From a plasmid, in the sequence record NZ_CP020429.2: a stretch of 64,000 nt of DNA; one strand, written 5' to 3'. Below the pieces are notes generated by a model. The model was not told the origin of the DNA. It did not search any database and was given only the letters and a program-made list of their open reading frames with translations. Of the stretch, positions 10,801 to 20,470 are shown piece after piece. The translations under genes and the position numbers were made by a program. Numbering within the stretch: position 1 is the stretch's first letter; each line of letters starts with the position of its first letter.

Positions 10801-10908
10801 GAGTTTGAATTACCTCAAGAACTCTCTCGTGTAGCTCGTGAGAAAGCAACTAAAACTTTAAAAAGTAATGTAGAACAAATGGCTATTGATGAAGAAGAAG
10901 GTTTTTAG
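7870..10908 (+). CDS. membrane-anchored P-loop NTPase, TraG/TraD/VirD4 coupling-protein-like or FtsK/HerA-superfamily, with acidic disordered C-terminal tail
   Basis: N-terminal TM helices; Walker A YHTIIFGLIGTGKSATILIPAML; Walker-B-like FFAFYEDE; about 250-aa low-complexity E/D/S/T-rich C-terminus. Confidence 0.55.
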   Translation: MRKILKLFFNRYYTNGKRTIDILLYCWRKYIDWVYHISFGLFAFNIIMFIFRWRLPNWVFISLFIFLFVNMALVLYIGVWHSNVTSRQIFVLFEKYDTLKRAERKKIIAKYAIRAALAAVLISSGLYVLTINNFILSLINRMYDVADNYLKYMPWSIPNGSQTGIVLSYHTLKPLIGADWFNSLLLLTPIGAIGLIFYNSYATGIAEKTYEKLVEQWLGGRYFQDSVLSNIVHNQDEKGQANLVMGLNSKTGEQVILHANERTYHTIIFGLIGTGKSATILIPAMLQDMENMKYYLLSYRKYLMKVDKELEQEFFSTEFERKKKRRELLEQWYNNGYAAELTNGIYMTEPSGSMYGTIVKYAHKMGFPDEMIWTLDPTNPGTGAINILDGDTTQVKGAVRDLFKRFSDPSGTGSSFFLNQEGQLTDNIITVIKEVALIPDAPINYMLKGKSPTLTEFSNMLRSSDWIEAYIAVFEQLLNRKKRLFEETLKKHEEFLEQEKEKWLEESEYNREHEQLFDTILRPENVHEAINAFNDERNKLENLQSSYDYFINAHQLNSYTEEYYYTFDANVSGLKAVIDDLSSSPEIRRVFFSQSTKDLDIVLKTGGMILVNSAKGVLGKEKSRMVAQMVTLVMQNAAQRRLPDKSPFFAFYEDEKNGYLMPGNDSNFLDESRKFHVPVMHAYQHDEQIRDSIGESGADAIKMSYRNAFTFQQTSTKVVEFINLRSGGKHYSLKETKRAANDDLLAGNQGNSSATSEEVVEEDNFTARDANNLEKFQVGGVIVSDDEVSNMIYLTTSPHFEMDISKDSFVSHTPFNKVYGLGEEEPEIAKAYKLWRAEVIEYYAQKESESHLYESDFTEEEWQAIMDVKVPNVDSNVNDTVGKKDDSPSVKRTILVNESMTEHRENTSIREEMTEDTEQKVEVDISEIPPVVEEKQTVNSKNDIGELEDKEITQRVILAPSSTPETVDTQNIQAPNQEFELPQELSRVAREKATKTLKSNVEQMAIDEEEGF

Positions 10909-10915
10909 ATAACAT

Positions 10916-10943
10916 AAAAAGCAACGGATTTCCGTTGCTTTTG
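10916..10943. terminator. bidirectional rho-independent terminator
   Basis: AAAAAGCAACGGATTTCCGTTGCTTTTG. Confidence 0.7.
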
Positions 10944-10945
10944 TT

Positions 10946-11254
10946 CTAATTTTGAGAGTCATTATATGTTTCTTTATTAGTCTTCTCAGCCTCCTTTCTT
11001 GCTTTTTCTGCAGCTTTTTTATTCTTAATTTCTTTCTTTACCTCTTTAACCTTATTTTGTGTTTCAACAACTAACTCATCAATAGATAAATCTGGATTTT
11101 CTAGTTTTTTCAATTCGAAATAGAGCTGACCTAGTTTATCAGTTTGTGATTTTTGATAGGCCTTAAGCTGTTCCATAGCATCTTTTTTTTGTTGTTCGTA
11201 TGCCTCAATTTCCTTAATAAAATCTGATTCAGTTTTTTTGTTTTTTCCTGCCAT
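10946..11254 (-). CDS. small K/E-rich coiled-coil protein
   Basis: 102-aa ORF, convergent with ATPase gene, shares terminator. Confidence 0.45.
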   Translation of the reverse strand: MAGKNKKTESDFIKEIEAYEQQKKDAMEQLKAYQKSQTDKLGQLYFELKKLENPDLSIDELVVETQNKVKEVKKEIKNKKAAEKARKEAEKTNKETYNDSQN

Positions 11255-11794
11255 AATTTGCTCCTTAATTATTAATTATATCTAATAGTATAGAGCAAGA
11301 ATATTAAAAGTCAACCCATGTCACTCCCTTGAAAATAATCTATTCTAGGGTATACTGAACACTATAGCGACCTATTATAAATGAATCCTAAATGTAGTTA
11401 TTAAGTGCTTAAAACCCCATAAAACCGGTTGTTACGAGTGTTATGTAATAACCAGAATTTATGAATGAAAGTACAGAGAGAACAAAAGTCTAAGAGTTTA
11501 CGGTATTTATTGGGTTGACGACTAATATTAGAAACTCGTAAATCATAAATGAGTAAATAGTGGCTACTATTTAGCTAGAATAAACCATGTTTTTTAGGGA
11601 TTATCGTTATAAAAATAAACTACGACGTTATGAATGAGAGGAGATGAAAGTATCAATCAGCATTTTACGGGCACAAGAGAATGCTTGTGTAGGGCAATAG
11701 CAAAGGCATAACACGATTTTAAAAGTAATCGTTGCACTCTTCGAAAAAAGACCAGACTATATACCCTATTGATTGACTATTTTAGGACTACAAA

Positions 11795-13063
11795 ATGCAA
11801 GATATAAAAAATAGAGATTTTACCTCACTTATTTCAAATAAAAAAAATAAAATTCATTACACCCAGAGGAATAAAATAGCTACTTATTTTGTTTCAAAAA
11901 ATCAAAATATCTCTCTGTCGTTTTCAGAAGAGGAGCTTATCATCTTTTATCATCTACTAAGGTTTGGTTATTTTGATAAGGAAATCATAGACCTCATTTA
12001 TACTGCAGTAACTCGAAAATCTAAAACCCCTAATTCATGGTTTTATCGTCTTGTTGGGAAGGTGAATCATCCTATTTCAGCATGTTCGGATGCTAGAAGC
12101 GGTAAGAGAAAAATATATTATCTGAACAAAGGCTTTAGTACCTGGTTGCTTACTATGATTAAGGGTATTGATAAAATACGGTTGCTGACGACAACGACAG
12201 AATATGATAGGTCAGTATATAGCATTGTCAGTAATAATCTTCTAGGAGGAAAACCTCAAACCGTAAATATTCATGATCTAGAGACCAGACGTTTAGTTGC
12301 TAAAATCTTAAACAAGCTTTTTTTTAAAAACCAAGACAAGTCTGTTTACGACCTTAACATACAAGTCGTATTTCCTATTAGTCGGGTTAATCTTTTAATG
12401 GTTCCTGATGCTGTTGTATTTGTGAACGATAACCCTTTTTTTATTGAGTATGACCGAGCAACAGAACGTCAAACAATTCTACTTTCTAAAATATTTGGTT
12501 ACGCAGAAGAACCAGCATTCGAAAATTCTAGTTTATTTTTCGTTTTTGAGAGTAGTCGTAAAGATAATACGCAAGTATCTAAACGTTTAATGAACTTTTT
12601 GGAATATGTAAATGAGGTTGAGGTTGAAGGTGTGACTGGACATGACATGTTAAAGCGTAAAAATATTTCTTTATTCAGTCAAACAACAACAAATGCTTCT
12701 GACGTTATTGTCGAAATCATTCAAGAAAAGATGTTTTCAAATCATAAAGATTGGTGTGATTGCGATGCTTATGATTTTTCTGAACTGCAGAAAATAGATT
12801 ATCTTGTAAAGGAGATATCAGAACCTTTAGATGATGATAAATTCCAGTTATCAGCTGTTGTTGAAACTGACTCATGGGAATTGAAAGAGTACCCTATGAT
12901 ACCTATGGCATATATCAAAAATGACTTGATTCCACACTTAACTAGTTTATATGAAGAATTCTCAATAGAGTATGAACATATGATCATTGTATTCCCTAAA
13001 GAGGTTTTACCAGAAAAAATCAAACTCCCTTTTGATGATTATTTCATTATTGTTTATAGATAG
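11795..13063 (+). CDS. hypothetical protein with PD-(D/E)XK-like motif (PDAVVFV...IEYDR); possible replication-relaxation-like protein
   Basis: 422-aa ORF; motif read by eye only. Confidence 0.45.
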   Translation: MQDIKNRDFTSLISNKKNKIHYTQRNKIATYFVSKNQNISLSFSEEELIIFYHLLRFGYFDKEIIDLIYTAVTRKSKTPNSWFYRLVGKVNHPISACSDARSGKRKIYYLNKGFSTWLLTMIKGIDKIRLLTTTTEYDRSVYSIVSNNLLGGKPQTVNIHDLETRRLVAKILNKLFFKNQDKSVYDLNIQVVFPISRVNLLMVPDAVVFVNDNPFFIEYDRATERQTILLSKIFGYAEEPAFENSSLFFVFESSRKDNTQVSKRLMNFLEYVNEVEVEGVTGHDMLKRKNISLFSQTTTNASDVIVEIIQEKMFSNHKDWCDCDAYDFSELQKIDYLVKEISEPLDDDKFQLSAVVETDSWELKEYPMIPMAYIKNDLIPHLTSLYEEFSIEYEHMIIVFPKEVLPEKIKLPFDDYFIIVYR

Positions 13064-13080
13064 AGTAAAGGTGTTTGTAA

Positions 13081-13443
13081 ATGGATTATTTGGAATACTT
13101 AGGGAGAAGACTAGTATGGTTAGTTGTTTCGCTTGTAGTTGTAATCGTAGTAAAAAGACCAAAGATTTTGAAAAGGCTAGCCATAGTTAGTGATGCAGCT
13201 ATTGGAAAAATCCACTACTTTATTTTTCTAACGATTGCTTGGTTGATTCTTGTCACATATTTTATTTTGTACTTGTTTATGGTAGTTACTTTTTTCCTAT
13301 CATGGCGTTCTCTATCACTTAATAATGTGATGGAAATTATTTTACAAACGGTATTAATCATCCCAACGCTCTATACTTTATTTGTCCCACATAACGAGGT
13401 TATCAAGAAGGTTGATGAATTCTTATCAGCGAAAAAAGAATAA
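13081..13443 (+). CDS. small membrane protein
   Basis: hydrophobic 120-aa ORF. Confidence 0.4.
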   Translation: MDYLEYLGRRLVWLVVSLVVVIVVKRPKILKRLAIVSDAAIGKIHYFIFLTIAWLILVTYFILYLFMVVTFFLSWRSLSLNNVMEIILQTVLIIPTLYTLFVPHNEVIKKVDEFLSAKKE

Positions 13444-13583
13444 GTCACGCGCAGCAACTGCAACATATTATCATTCTCTCAACTATTTAAAAGTATGTAG
13501 GAAAGTCACATGATAGTTTGAATTTGTTGTAAGTATCAGGTGTTGTTTTAAAGATAAAAAAGATTGAAAGGTAACGGTAATTA

Positions 13584-14381
13584 ATGAAAATAAAAATTGA
13601 ATCTGCTTGGAAATCCCTCTGTGATGCATTCCCCAAATTAAAGGATAATCCTCTTTACAAGGGGTGGTATATTAGCTATGCGATCCTTGTGACGTTATCT
13701 ATTTTAACGGTTGTTGTAGTGAACCATAGGATTGTCTATTCATTTCCGTTTGATTGGTTTGGTTTGCTTTTTGGAATTATCTTACCTTGGGTTCTTACGA
13801 CCTTTTATATCGTATATCAAGGTGTGGACCATGCCCACCAGTTTACATCGACTAAAATTGTTCTTGGGCTATTTATGTTACCTGTAATTCTGATTGGTTT
13901 TACCTCTAGTTATAAGAATGAATACAGTTATAGTAATCGTATGGTTACGACGGTTTTTGATCAGGAACTCACGCAACAAAGTTTCCACGCAACAAAGATT
14001 ACATCAAACCAGCTTGATTATTTTAAAGAAGATAATGTCATTTATCCTTATAAGAAAAATACAGCTTCAGAGATCTATGTGTTCTTTCGTCCTGATTGTC
14101 CTTACTGTCAAAAATCAATTCCAGTACTCAATAAGAGCTTAACTGAAAAAGAACGAAACAAGATTATCTATGTTAATGTTCTTGATGAAAGTGGCAAGGA
14201 TTTAGCTAAAGCTATGGGAGTAGAGAAAGCAGCAACAGCAGTTATCTATCATAAGGATAAGAACTCTGGTGGATGGTCTAAACGTATTGAACGAATGGCA
14301 GGTGGAAAACATGCTGCACCTCGTCTTGATGAGGATGCTATCCATGATATTGTGTCAGTTGCAAAGGAGGAAACAAAATAA
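13584..14381 (+). CDS. membrane protein with C-terminal thioredoxin-like CxxC domain (BlpG-like thiol-disulfide oxidoreductase candidate)
   Basis: 4 TM helices then FFRPDCPYCQKSIPVL thioredoxin motif. Confidence 0.6.
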   Translation: MKIKIESAWKSLCDAFPKLKDNPLYKGWYISYAILVTLSILTVVVVNHRIVYSFPFDWFGLLFGIILPWVLTTFYIVYQGVDHAHQFTSTKIVLGLFMLPVILIGFTSSYKNEYSYSNRMVTTVFDQELTQQSFHATKITSNQLDYFKEDNVIYPYKKNTASEIYVFFRPDCPYCQKSIPVLNKSLTEKERNKIIYVNVLDESGKDLAKAMGVEKAATAVIYHKDKNSGGWSKRIERMAGGKHAAPRLDEDAIHDIVSVAKEETK

Positions 14382-15013
14382 TGTATTTATCAAAAAAAGA
14401 TATTTCAGAATGGATAGCTAGCCTAAAAGCAGGTGACGAGGTTGCTGTCCAAATAACACGAATGGATGGTGTCATAGTTTCTAGTGAGCGTGGCTTCGTC
14501 GACAAGTGGTTAGGAAAGAGACTTATAGTTGTTAACGGAAAGCATTTTGTTCCTAGCACTGGTTTGAGACAAAGTAACACTTTTGTACCAGGTCAAAAGA
14601 CAATCGTGGAACAACTCTTTCCCTTGGATGCTTTGCTTTTAGATGAGGAAGAACTTGCCAAAAGAAACACCATTATTCAAAGGTTGAAAGAGTCTGCTGA
14701 ACGTCTAGAGCACGCGCAGACTTATTCTTCATTAGTCGTTTCTAGGGTGCTTCGTAAGCTATCAGTCCTAGACGTTGGTGATGTATATGATCTAAATGAA
14801 CTACGTTCCTCTAGTAACACAGAAGACTTAGAAGATAGTGCTTTATTGGATAGACGAAAACTCTCAGAGAAGAAACGTTGTCTAAAGACTCTGGATCGTA
14901 TGCTTACCAATTTAAGTCAAGATAATACCTTGGGTGCTTTTAAGTTAATCTCTCTTTTGGGAGGTGTAGCTTCTGAATTTACTGATGCTGAAAATGAGGT
15001 AAGTGAATGTTAG
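14381..15013 (+). CDS. hypothetical protein
   Basis: ORF overlapping upstream stop (ATGA), translationally coupled. Confidence 0.45.
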   Translation: MYLSKKDISEWIASLKAGDEVAVQITRMDGVIVSSERGFVDKWLGKRLIVVNGKHFVPSTGLRQSNTFVPGQKTIVEQLFPLDALLLDEEELAKRNTIIQRLKESAERLEHAQTYSSLVVSRVLRKLSVLDVGDVYDLNELRSSSNTEDLEDSALLDRRKLSEKKRCLKTLDRMLTNLSQDNTLGAFKLISLLGGVASEFTDAENEVSEC

Positions 15014-15699
15014 CCTATGTCATTATGTTTGTAGTTATGTTTACCATCAAGTGTGTTACTCTTACTTTTGTGAAGAATAAAGAGTCTACAGTTGTCAGTA
15101 CTTTTCTGAGTGGCACGAATCAGATTTTTCTTAATACGATTGTCTGGTTTCTACGACTAACAGCCATGTTCCAGTTTTATCTTTTGGTGGTAGACAATAA
15201 TCTAACTGTCATCCCTATAATTGTTGGTTTCATTCTACCTAATGTCTTGTTCTGGTTTAAGGGAATCAAAGCTTCTTTATCGGATTTGCTTGTACGTTGG
15301 TTAAAATCATTTATTGGTCATAAGTATAAAACATGCCCATTTTGTCATGAATCACATTTATTCTTTCGATACACAGAAGACCGCACAGCTGCTTATTACT
15401 ATCTCTTGACTGAAGATGATAGTCTTGTGGCCATTGGAGATTTTGATAATAGTGATCATCCTGCACGTTTCTTTTTAAGTAACGATGAATCACATTTTGA
15501 TGAGCTGGTTGACACCATGCTACCTTATATGTTGCCTGGAATGGAAGAGGTGGTCTATGTAGGTGGGCGACAACAGCGATTGGCTAGAGAATTGTATTGT
15601 GTCGATTGCCAGGAACGAGTCAGTGAAGATAGCGGGGTACAATTTGGTGAAGTGCTTTTAAGTGAGCATAGGCATGAAGATCATAAAGCCCTTGTTTAG
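15007..15699 (+). CDS. membrane protein with C-terminal Cys4 zinc-ribbon (CPFC...CVDC)
   Basis: 3-4 TM helices, CxxC...CxxC pairs. Confidence 0.45.
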   Translation: MLAYVIMFVVMFTIKCVTLTFVKNKESTVVSTFLSGTNQIFLNTIVWFLRLTAMFQFYLLVVDNNLTVIPIIVGFILPNVLFWFKGIKASLSDLLVRWLKSFIGHKYKTCPFCHESHLFFRYTEDRTAAYYYLLTEDDSLVAIGDFDNSDHPARFFLSNDESHFDELVDTMLPYMLPGMEEVVYVGGRQQRLARELYCVDCQERVSEDSGVQFGEVLLSEHRHEDHKALV

Positions 15700-15739
15700 T
15701 TTGTAAGTGTTTTTAAAAGAAGATAGAGAGGTTTATTTT

Positions 15740-15901
15740 ATGGATAGTAAATTAGTCGTTGACAAAATTGATATGTTAGTAACAGAAACCGAGCAAGGAC
15801 CACACAATCAAATTGAGGATACAAAAAAAGCCCCTGAGCATAGTCAGGAGCAAATAAAAAAAAGAGAGGACTTCTTTGTACATGGGGTTTTTACAGCCTG
15901 A
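15740..15901 (+). CDS. small hypothetical protein
   Basis: RBS agagagg before ATG; weak. Confidence 0.25.
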   Translation: MDSKLVVDKIDMLVTETEQGPHNQIEDTKKAPEHSQEQIKKREDFFVHGVFTA

Positions 15902-16399
15902 AGCTGAAGGCAGTCCCACACCCGTACCAGAAACTGATACCTTTGAACGCTCTGTTACCAGTCGTCCTACGATATCCTCTCGCTATATAAACATTAGCAT
16001 AAAAGGTGGCTTAAAGTCAAGAAAAACACCCAAATACCGGTCTGTTAGTGAAAGTGATTTGAGCAAAATTAATAGGTATGGTAGAGAGGTTCAAGGAAAG
16101 TAAGTTTATGCACCTAACTGGGCTTGAACCAATTGGTAAGAATGGTAGAAGTATAAAACCTACTAAATTCCTGCATGATTTTGCTAATGGTGGTGAACTT
16201 GCTTATGACGATATTCTAATTGATAAATTCCTTTTTGTGTTTACACAACTTATTTTACACTACCACAAAATATAAAGATATTTATGTTTTTTATTGATAA
16301 AGAATTAGTCTTTTAGTATAATAGTATTAGATAATGATTATTTGTTCCATGAGTCTCCCTCATTAGGGATTAATGGAAACGCTGTGAAATTTCAACATA

Positions 16400-17520
16400 G
16401 CGTGAAGCGTAGGAAATTCTCCTACGCTTTTTTTGTATCTTGAATTGTCAAATTAAGTGCATACTTTCCCCGTAGAATATTTCATAAGGTGTTTTCCAGT
16501 TAAGACATTTTCGTGGCCTATTATTAAGTTTGTTCTCCCACAGCTGAATAGTCTGATTATCAACCAATGTTAGATCACTCCCTTTTGGAAAATATTCTCT
16601 AAGTAATCCATTCGTGTTCTCATTGGTTCCTCGTTGCCATGGAGCATGAGGGTCAGGAAAATAGACTTCAATGTTCAATTGATCGCTCAATTTCTGATGA
16701 TACGTGAATTCTTTCCCTCTATCAGGAGTTACTGTATGCTTGGTCAAGGGTTCTAACATTTTTACCATAGCTTCTATTACCAACTTGCTTTTTTTGACAG
16801 CTACCTTCCGGATTTTTAGAAAACGAGAATATCGGTCAGTTAGAGTCACTAAACAAGCTTTTCCAGTTTTACCTGCAACAGTATCAGCTTCCCAATCTCC
16901 TATTCTAGTTCGGTTATTAGCATTCTCTGGTCTTTCGTGAATTGTATGAGATATAGAGATTTTCCCTCTATTTTCGACATAACCTTTTGTATGACGTGTT
17001 TTACCACGATGACGGAGCTTTCGAATGACACCACGAGCACCATGAGATAGTGAGTTATCATCAAAATGCCCTCTGTAAATGGCTCTATAGATTGTTTGAT
17101 AACTAATAATAGTTCTTCCATACTCTAATCGCAACCGACCTTCTATTTCTTCGGGAGACCATTGGTAATCGAGAAATAGATGTTTGACGGTATTGCTTAA
17201 ATTGTGATCTATTTCAAGCATACGTTTCCGCCCACAGTGTGATTTAGCCATATGGTAAGATTCCTGTGCATGACTTGGAGAATAGCTTCCTTCTTTTAGA
17301 TGTCGTTTCCACTCACGACTAATACTAGACGGATGACGATGAAGTAATTTAGCAATTTGAGAAAAATTTAGGCCTTGCGTACGGTAAACGAGAATACTTT
17401 CACGCTCGTCTATGGTAAAATGATGGTAGCTCATAAGATTTCCTTTCGTAACTAGTTCGTTCAATTCTATTTTACTAGAAAATCTTATGAGTTTTTATTG
17501 TGCACTTATATTGTATATTC
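16400..17520 (-). mobile_element. IS30-family insertion sequence (boundaries approximate)
   Basis: single transposase ORF with N-terminal HTH and DDE core; size about 1.1 kb. Confidence 0.7.
16448..17464 (-). CDS. IS30-family transposase (alt. start 17434)
   Basis: HTH FSQIAKLL...; DDE motifs WEADTV / DRG / NTNGLLRE. Confidence 0.85.
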   Translation of the reverse strand: MNELVTKGNLMSYHHFTIDERESILVYRTQGLNFSQIAKLLHRHPSSISREWKRHLKEGSYSPSHAQESYHMAKSHCGRKRMLEIDHNLSNTVKHLFLDYQWSPEEIEGRLRLEYGRTIISYQTIYRAIYRGHFDDNSLSHGARGVIRKLRHRGKTRHTKGYVENRGKISISHTIHERPENANNRTRIGDWEADTVAGKTGKACLVTLTDRYSRFLKIRKVAVKKSKLVIEAMVKMLEPLTKHTVTPDRGKEFTYHQKLSDQLNIEVYFPDPHAPWQRGTNENTNGLLREYFPKGSDLTLVDNQTIQLWENKLNNRPRKCLNWKTPYEIFYGESMHLI

Positions 17521-17606
17521 AAGGTGTAAAATTGAGCTGTTTGGTCTGCGTGTCTGAATTAGTAAGTGAGAGCTGCTAAAATCGTCTAGCTATCCCTTAA
17601 GGCCCC

Positions 17607-17699
17607 ATTCATACAACAAGTGATGGGTAGAATAGCCTGTCACTTTTTTTCAGCACGCGCGTGAGTAGGACATCGTGTAACTTTTAAACACAAAAAACT
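17607..17699. repeat. repeat family A, copy 1 (contains GTGATGGG..CCTGTCAC hairpin + T-run terminator)
   Basis: about 90% identical to 29664-29768 and 59568-59680. Confidence 0.8.
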
Positions 17700-17973
17700 C
17701 TAAGCAGGCAGAGCCTGCTTAGAGTTTTTGTTGCACTATGTTTTACAATTTATCTCTTAAAATAAACTTTGTTCATAATGGTTACCTCCTACACTTTTCA
17801 ATATAAGTATTGAAGAAAATGAATAAGACCAATCAATCGTTACCACTTCAATTTTATGCTCCTTGATTGTCTTAATGTAATAAATATCTTCAAGAGCAAA
17901 CTGATAAACTCTAGAATTTGTCTTAAGTGATAGAAAGTTCATTTGATCTCCCTTGAAAACAAGTGATTATTTG

Positions 17974-18939
17974 TTAACTGATATACTTTTTATCAATTTT
18001 CTTAAGTAGTCCATAGACTATCAGCAACATAATACCTCCAATAATTGTCAAATAATCTTTCTTATCTCCCGTTTTAGGAAGATTATTTGACTGCGCAACT
18101 ATTGCCGTACCAATAGATTTTTCATTTGAAGATGTAGGCGTTATTGATAAAGTAGTATAGCTAACACCTGTATTTTTGTTAGTAGCTTCGGTTTTTTCTC
18201 CAACGCTAGGGAGTTGCTTTTCTTGTTCGCTGTTGCCTACGTTACTCTCAGTAAAAGCTACCTCACTACTTTTTTTATCTAGATCTTTAAACATATAGCG
18301 ATAAATATCATCGGCTCCGCCGCCGCCAACCCAGCCAGAGATAGCTTGTCCATTTTCAAGACGAATAAGAGTTGGTGTTCCAGGGATACCCACAGTACCG
18401 AAAAGAAAATCACTTGCATTCTTATCAAAATCTTCACCATCTGTATTGTAGTATTCAACTGGTGTTAATTGATTTAATTTTTTCAACTCTGGTGAAAATT
18501 GGCGACAGTAATAACAAGTTGGACGCCCAACATAAAGAAGATGTTTATTCTCATCAGGGGTAAACATTTGATATACATCATTGATAGAAACTTTAGTTAA
18601 GTTCTCTACATTTTCTTGATACTGCTCTTGTGTAACTTCTGGAGCAGCTTCAGCTTCTATATCGGACGCTTCTTCAGCAACAGGTGTTTCCATATTAGTA
18701 CTTGTGGCCTCTTCAGAAACGACTGCGGGTACTTGTGTAAAACTATCTGTGGATTCAGTAATTTCTGGTATTTCATCAACGGTTGAATTATTTTGACCAA
18801 CCGTATCCTCAGTTATAATCGCTGTTTTTTGATCTATAGAACTGGTTTCATCTGCTAAAACATTTGGAAAGTTAGCTATAAATAAGATACTTGTTAACAC
18901 TGTTATCTGTTTTAGTTGCTTTTTGATCATAGTTATCAT
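17974..18939 (-). CDS. LPXTG cell-wall-anchored thioredoxin-family protein
   Basis: signal peptide, acidic linker, [11 protein letters not shown] CxxC motif, C-terminal LPKTG + TM + KK tail. Confidence 0.7.
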   Translation of the reverse strand: MITMIKKQLKQITVLTSILFIANFPNVLADETSSIDQKTAIITEDTVGQNNSTVDEIPEITESTDSFTQVPAVVSEEATSTNMETPVAEEASDIEAEAAPEVTQEQYQENVENLTKVSINDVYQMFTPDENKHLLYVGRPTCYYCRQFSPELKKLNQLTPVEYYNTDGEDFDKNASDFLFGTVGIPGTPTLIRLENGQAISGWVGGGGADDIYRYMFKDLDKKSSEVAFTESNVGNSEQEKQLPSVGEKTEATNKNTGVSYTTLSITPTSSNEKSIGTAIVAQSNNLPKTGDKKDYLTIIGGIMLLIVYGLLKKIDKKYIS

Positions 18940-19020
18940 CCTTTCACTTTTTAAGTTTCCTGTCTTAAGACTATATCATAAAAGAAACTCTCTTTTTTCT
19001 TCTTTTCCTAAAAGGTATAG

Positions 19021-19058
19021 TTTTTTGCCCAAAAGGTGCTTTTTGGGCAAAAAAAACA
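19021..19058. terminator. bidirectional terminator
   Basis: TTTTTTGCCCAAAAGGTGCTTTTTGGGCAAAAAAAA. Confidence 0.6.
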
Positions 19059-19535
19059 AAGATTAATCATAAATGGGGCAGAACACAACCTCATCAGTTA
19101 GAATTCTTTGCTAAGGGAAGATACTACAAATATAGATACTCTAACTGTCGACCTTTTCTCATTAATGCGTCTCAATCTTGTACATAAATGTTTCTAAGCG
19201 AGAAGGTATTACCTAAAGAAGGATTTATCGTTCATACTACCAAAGCTCTCAATAAATATACTAGAGTATGATTTCGAGAATTATCTAGAAAGAAAATAAG
19301 ACATCAAAAGAGAGCTTGTCAATGATGCTCATTTCACAACCATTGAACAAGCTCAGCTTGAAACTTTTAATATAATAAGACTTACTATAGTCTCAAACGT
19401 TTGCATTTCGCTTTATGACACTAACCAGCCTTACTATCCCATTAGTTTAAGTTATTGTCAACTAATTCATAATATTGGAATAAAATAAAGTTCGCACTCA
19501 ACAAATGGAGAATAGCTCTTTTATCTAAAATAAAC

Positions 19536-19835
19536 TCACAACCATTGTCCAATACTCATCAAACCGATTCCAAGTCCTTTATTTTTATATTCATGACTAG
19601 TAATTGTCATATAGAGGAGCTTTACACTATCTGATAACTTTTGATTAATTGCCAAAGGACGAAGTGAAGATTCCAAATCAGCTACAATTCGTGGAAAATA
19701 AGAACTCTTTTTTTCTAAATCACTTTTAGCTTTTTGTAAAATCACCCTTTCAGACTGAGACAATTTAGAATCAAGACAATCATCAAGCAATTTTGTCAAT
19801 TTAACTTCTTTTTTATTACTATGTGTGCTTATCAT
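19536..19835 (-). CDS. class II bacteriocin immunity protein (EntA-immunity-like helical bundle, 99 aa)
   Basis: size, charge pattern and position directly downstream of bacteriocin gene. Confidence 0.5.
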   Translation of the reverse strand: MISTHSNKKEVKLTKLLDDCLDSKLSQSERVILQKAKSDLEKKSSYFPRIVADLESSLRPLAINQKLSDSVKLLYMTITSHEYKNKGLGIGLMSIGQWL

Positions 19836-19873
19836 CTGCTTATGGTCCCCTTATGTAAGTGATCAACCTTTAA

Positions 19874-20095
19874 TTATGGACGAGGAATCCATGGTCCATA
19901 CCTCATCCAGCCATTAACAACTGTGTTAACAGTTGCTTGAACATTTCCAGTGGTAACGACATAACGCCATTGATGAGTCCTAGTATCTAGACAACCATAG
20001 CCATTTGCTCCATATAAAACAGGTCTACAAACGCCACCCTCAACAGTAGCTAATACGTCAGTGTTTAGACTTTTAAAGTCTTTAATAGTATTCAT
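19874..20095 (-). CDS. double-glycine-leader class II bacteriocin prepeptide (2-Cys, disulfide type)
   Basis: leader MNTIKDFKSLNTDVLATVEGG then 52-aa cationic core with 2 Cys and W-rich C-terminus. Confidence 0.7.
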   Translation of the reverse strand: MNTIKDFKSLNTDVLATVEGGVCRPVLYGANGYGCLDTRTHQWRYVVTTGNVQATVNTVVNGWMRYGPWIPRP

Positions 20096-20470
20096 TACTA
20101 TTGTCTCCTTTTTTTATTTTTATCTTAAGCTATTTCTTAAGATGGGATAAGTATAGCACAGGCTTTCTATTATTTTACGTTTTTGCCTAAAATGTTATAA
20201 TTAGGTCTTGATTGACACTTTTTATTTCAACACTAAACTGGAAGCTACCAATAAACTTATCAAGGACATCAAACAGTAGGTTTTCGGATTTCGTAACTTC
20301 AAAAACTTTAAAATTAAGATTCTCATCACTTTGAACACATAAAGAGAGAACGAATCTCGTTCTCTCTTACATAGTTTTTATCAACCCACTATAGTTAATA
20401 ATAACCATCGTAATGTTACAGTTATACTCATCTTGTACTAAATATCAAAACTATAGAATCTTAAATAAGA

